Below are positions 48,497 to 49,106 of a stretch of 49,106 nt of DNA, piece after piece (position 1 is the stretch's first letter; each line of letters opens with the position of its first letter). The DNA is taken from assembly GCA_016211245.1 (NCBI GenBank), contig JACQSQ010000055.1, positions 1-49,106 on the forward strand, read 5' to 3'. The notes under the pieces were generated by a model. It ran no database searches and had not been told where the DNA came from. It saw nothing but the letters and a program-made list of their open reading frames with translations. The stretch comes from Candidatus Woesearchaeota archaeon (lineage in GTDB: Archaea > Nanobdellota > Nanobdellia > Woesearchaeales > GW2011-AR4). The position numbers were made by a program, and so were the translations under genes.

Positions 48497-49069
48497 TTAC
48501 GCACCTCCAAAGTCTACTCTTGAATCGGCAAATTGAGTCAGTTCATCAAGCAAAGCCTGCTCTGTTTCCTTTTCAAGAGTCATGATTATGCCTTTTATTT
48601 TCCATTCCCTTATCTTGCCAGCAAGAAAGTGTATAAACCTTGCTACCGTTGCAGGCTTGTTGAATATTGACAGGGTGTTCAAAGAATCAAATATCAGGAA
48701 TTTTTCAGCTGTTGGCAATGCCTTTACAGCCTGGTCCATTGCAACAGAGATATCACTAAGCTTCTCCGGGCTTCCTATGTAAAGGCAGTTTTCCATTTTT
48801 TTAATGTGCTCTGTCCTTGAAGTTGCGTCTATGAAAATGATAAGCCTTGGGTCTATATTGTTGCTTGCGAGATTCCTCTGCATAACTTCATAAGGCTTGT
48901 TCAGGGTTACATAAACGCCAGGATTATTCTGCTCGCTTATCAGAAACCTCAAGACATCAATAGCTGCATTTTGATAATTCTTGGCATCAACTGTAATAAG
49001 AAGAAGATAATCTTTTAATCCGCTCACCTCTTTTCTAAAGCTTTCTTGAACTGCCAGCATCAACACCAC
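48497..49069 (-). CDS. KaiC/RecA-fold (FlaH/ArlH-like) protein lacking a Walker A P-loop
   Basis: 190 aa. 'GVYVTLNKPYEVMQRNL...LIIFIDATS...FLIFDSLNTLSIFN...GIIMTLE' follows the KaiC-domain strand order. Where GxxGxGK(T/S) is expected the sequence reads 'LLLITVDAKNYQ'. Confidence 0.45.
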   Translation of the reverse strand: MVLMLAVQESFRKEVSGLKDYLLLITVDAKNYQNAAIDVLRFLISEQNNPGVYVTLNKPYEVMQRNLASNNIDPRLIIFIDATSRTEHIKKMENCLYIGSPEKLSDISVAMDQAVKALPTAEKFLIFDSLNTLSIFNKPATVARFIHFLAGKIREWKIKGIIMTLEKETEQALLDELTQFADSRVDFGGA

Positions 49070-49106
49070 TTTTTTATTAAAGAAATCTATAGCTATGAAT
49101 ATAAAC

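Overview
This AT-rich 49.1-kb window (roughly one-third G+C by eye) reads as archaeal. By inference it comes from a small-genome, DPANN-like lineage. The supporting signals are two STT3/AglB oligosaccharyltransferases (WWDFG motif), a geranylgeranyl reductase, and seven proteins with class III (prepilin-type) N-termini. There are also recurring BRE/TATA-like 'AAAGTTTAAATA' boxes upstream of genes, several of which look leaderless, and a tRNA-like gene interrupted by a very long intervening sequence. Layout: (i) 28-24424 is a cell-envelope glycosylation island. It holds bacterial-type heptose genes (GmhB, a stand-alone HldA-like kinase, a GT9 heptosyltransferase), two GT2s, tandem AglB paralogs, and a phospho-sugar-like operon ending in a GtrA/GT-C/PRK-kinase triple fusion. 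An RHH-fused degenerate nucleotidyltransferase followed by a PIN gene also sits here. (ii) 24591-34105 encodes surface proteins, including a 1800-aa protein with about 120 N-X-S/T sequons, plus a GC-richer methyltransferase and the tRNA-like gene. (iii) 34186-34977 is a decayed squalene/phytoene-synthase-like pseudogene. (iv) 35071-49069 is a 14-kb minus-strand type IV pilus-like locus: two major pilins, a split PilC/TadC-like platform, a PilB/FlaI-like ATPase with a long N-terminal extension, a wHTH coiled-coil protein, a 1129-aa prepilin-like vWA adhesin, minor pilin-like proteins and a P-loop-less KaiC-like protein. It also contains two structured intergenic RNA candidates. I saw no transposase, integrase, CRISPR array or rRNA. 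All functional calls rest on motif recognition in the supplied translations and on reading the DNA. No database search was run.
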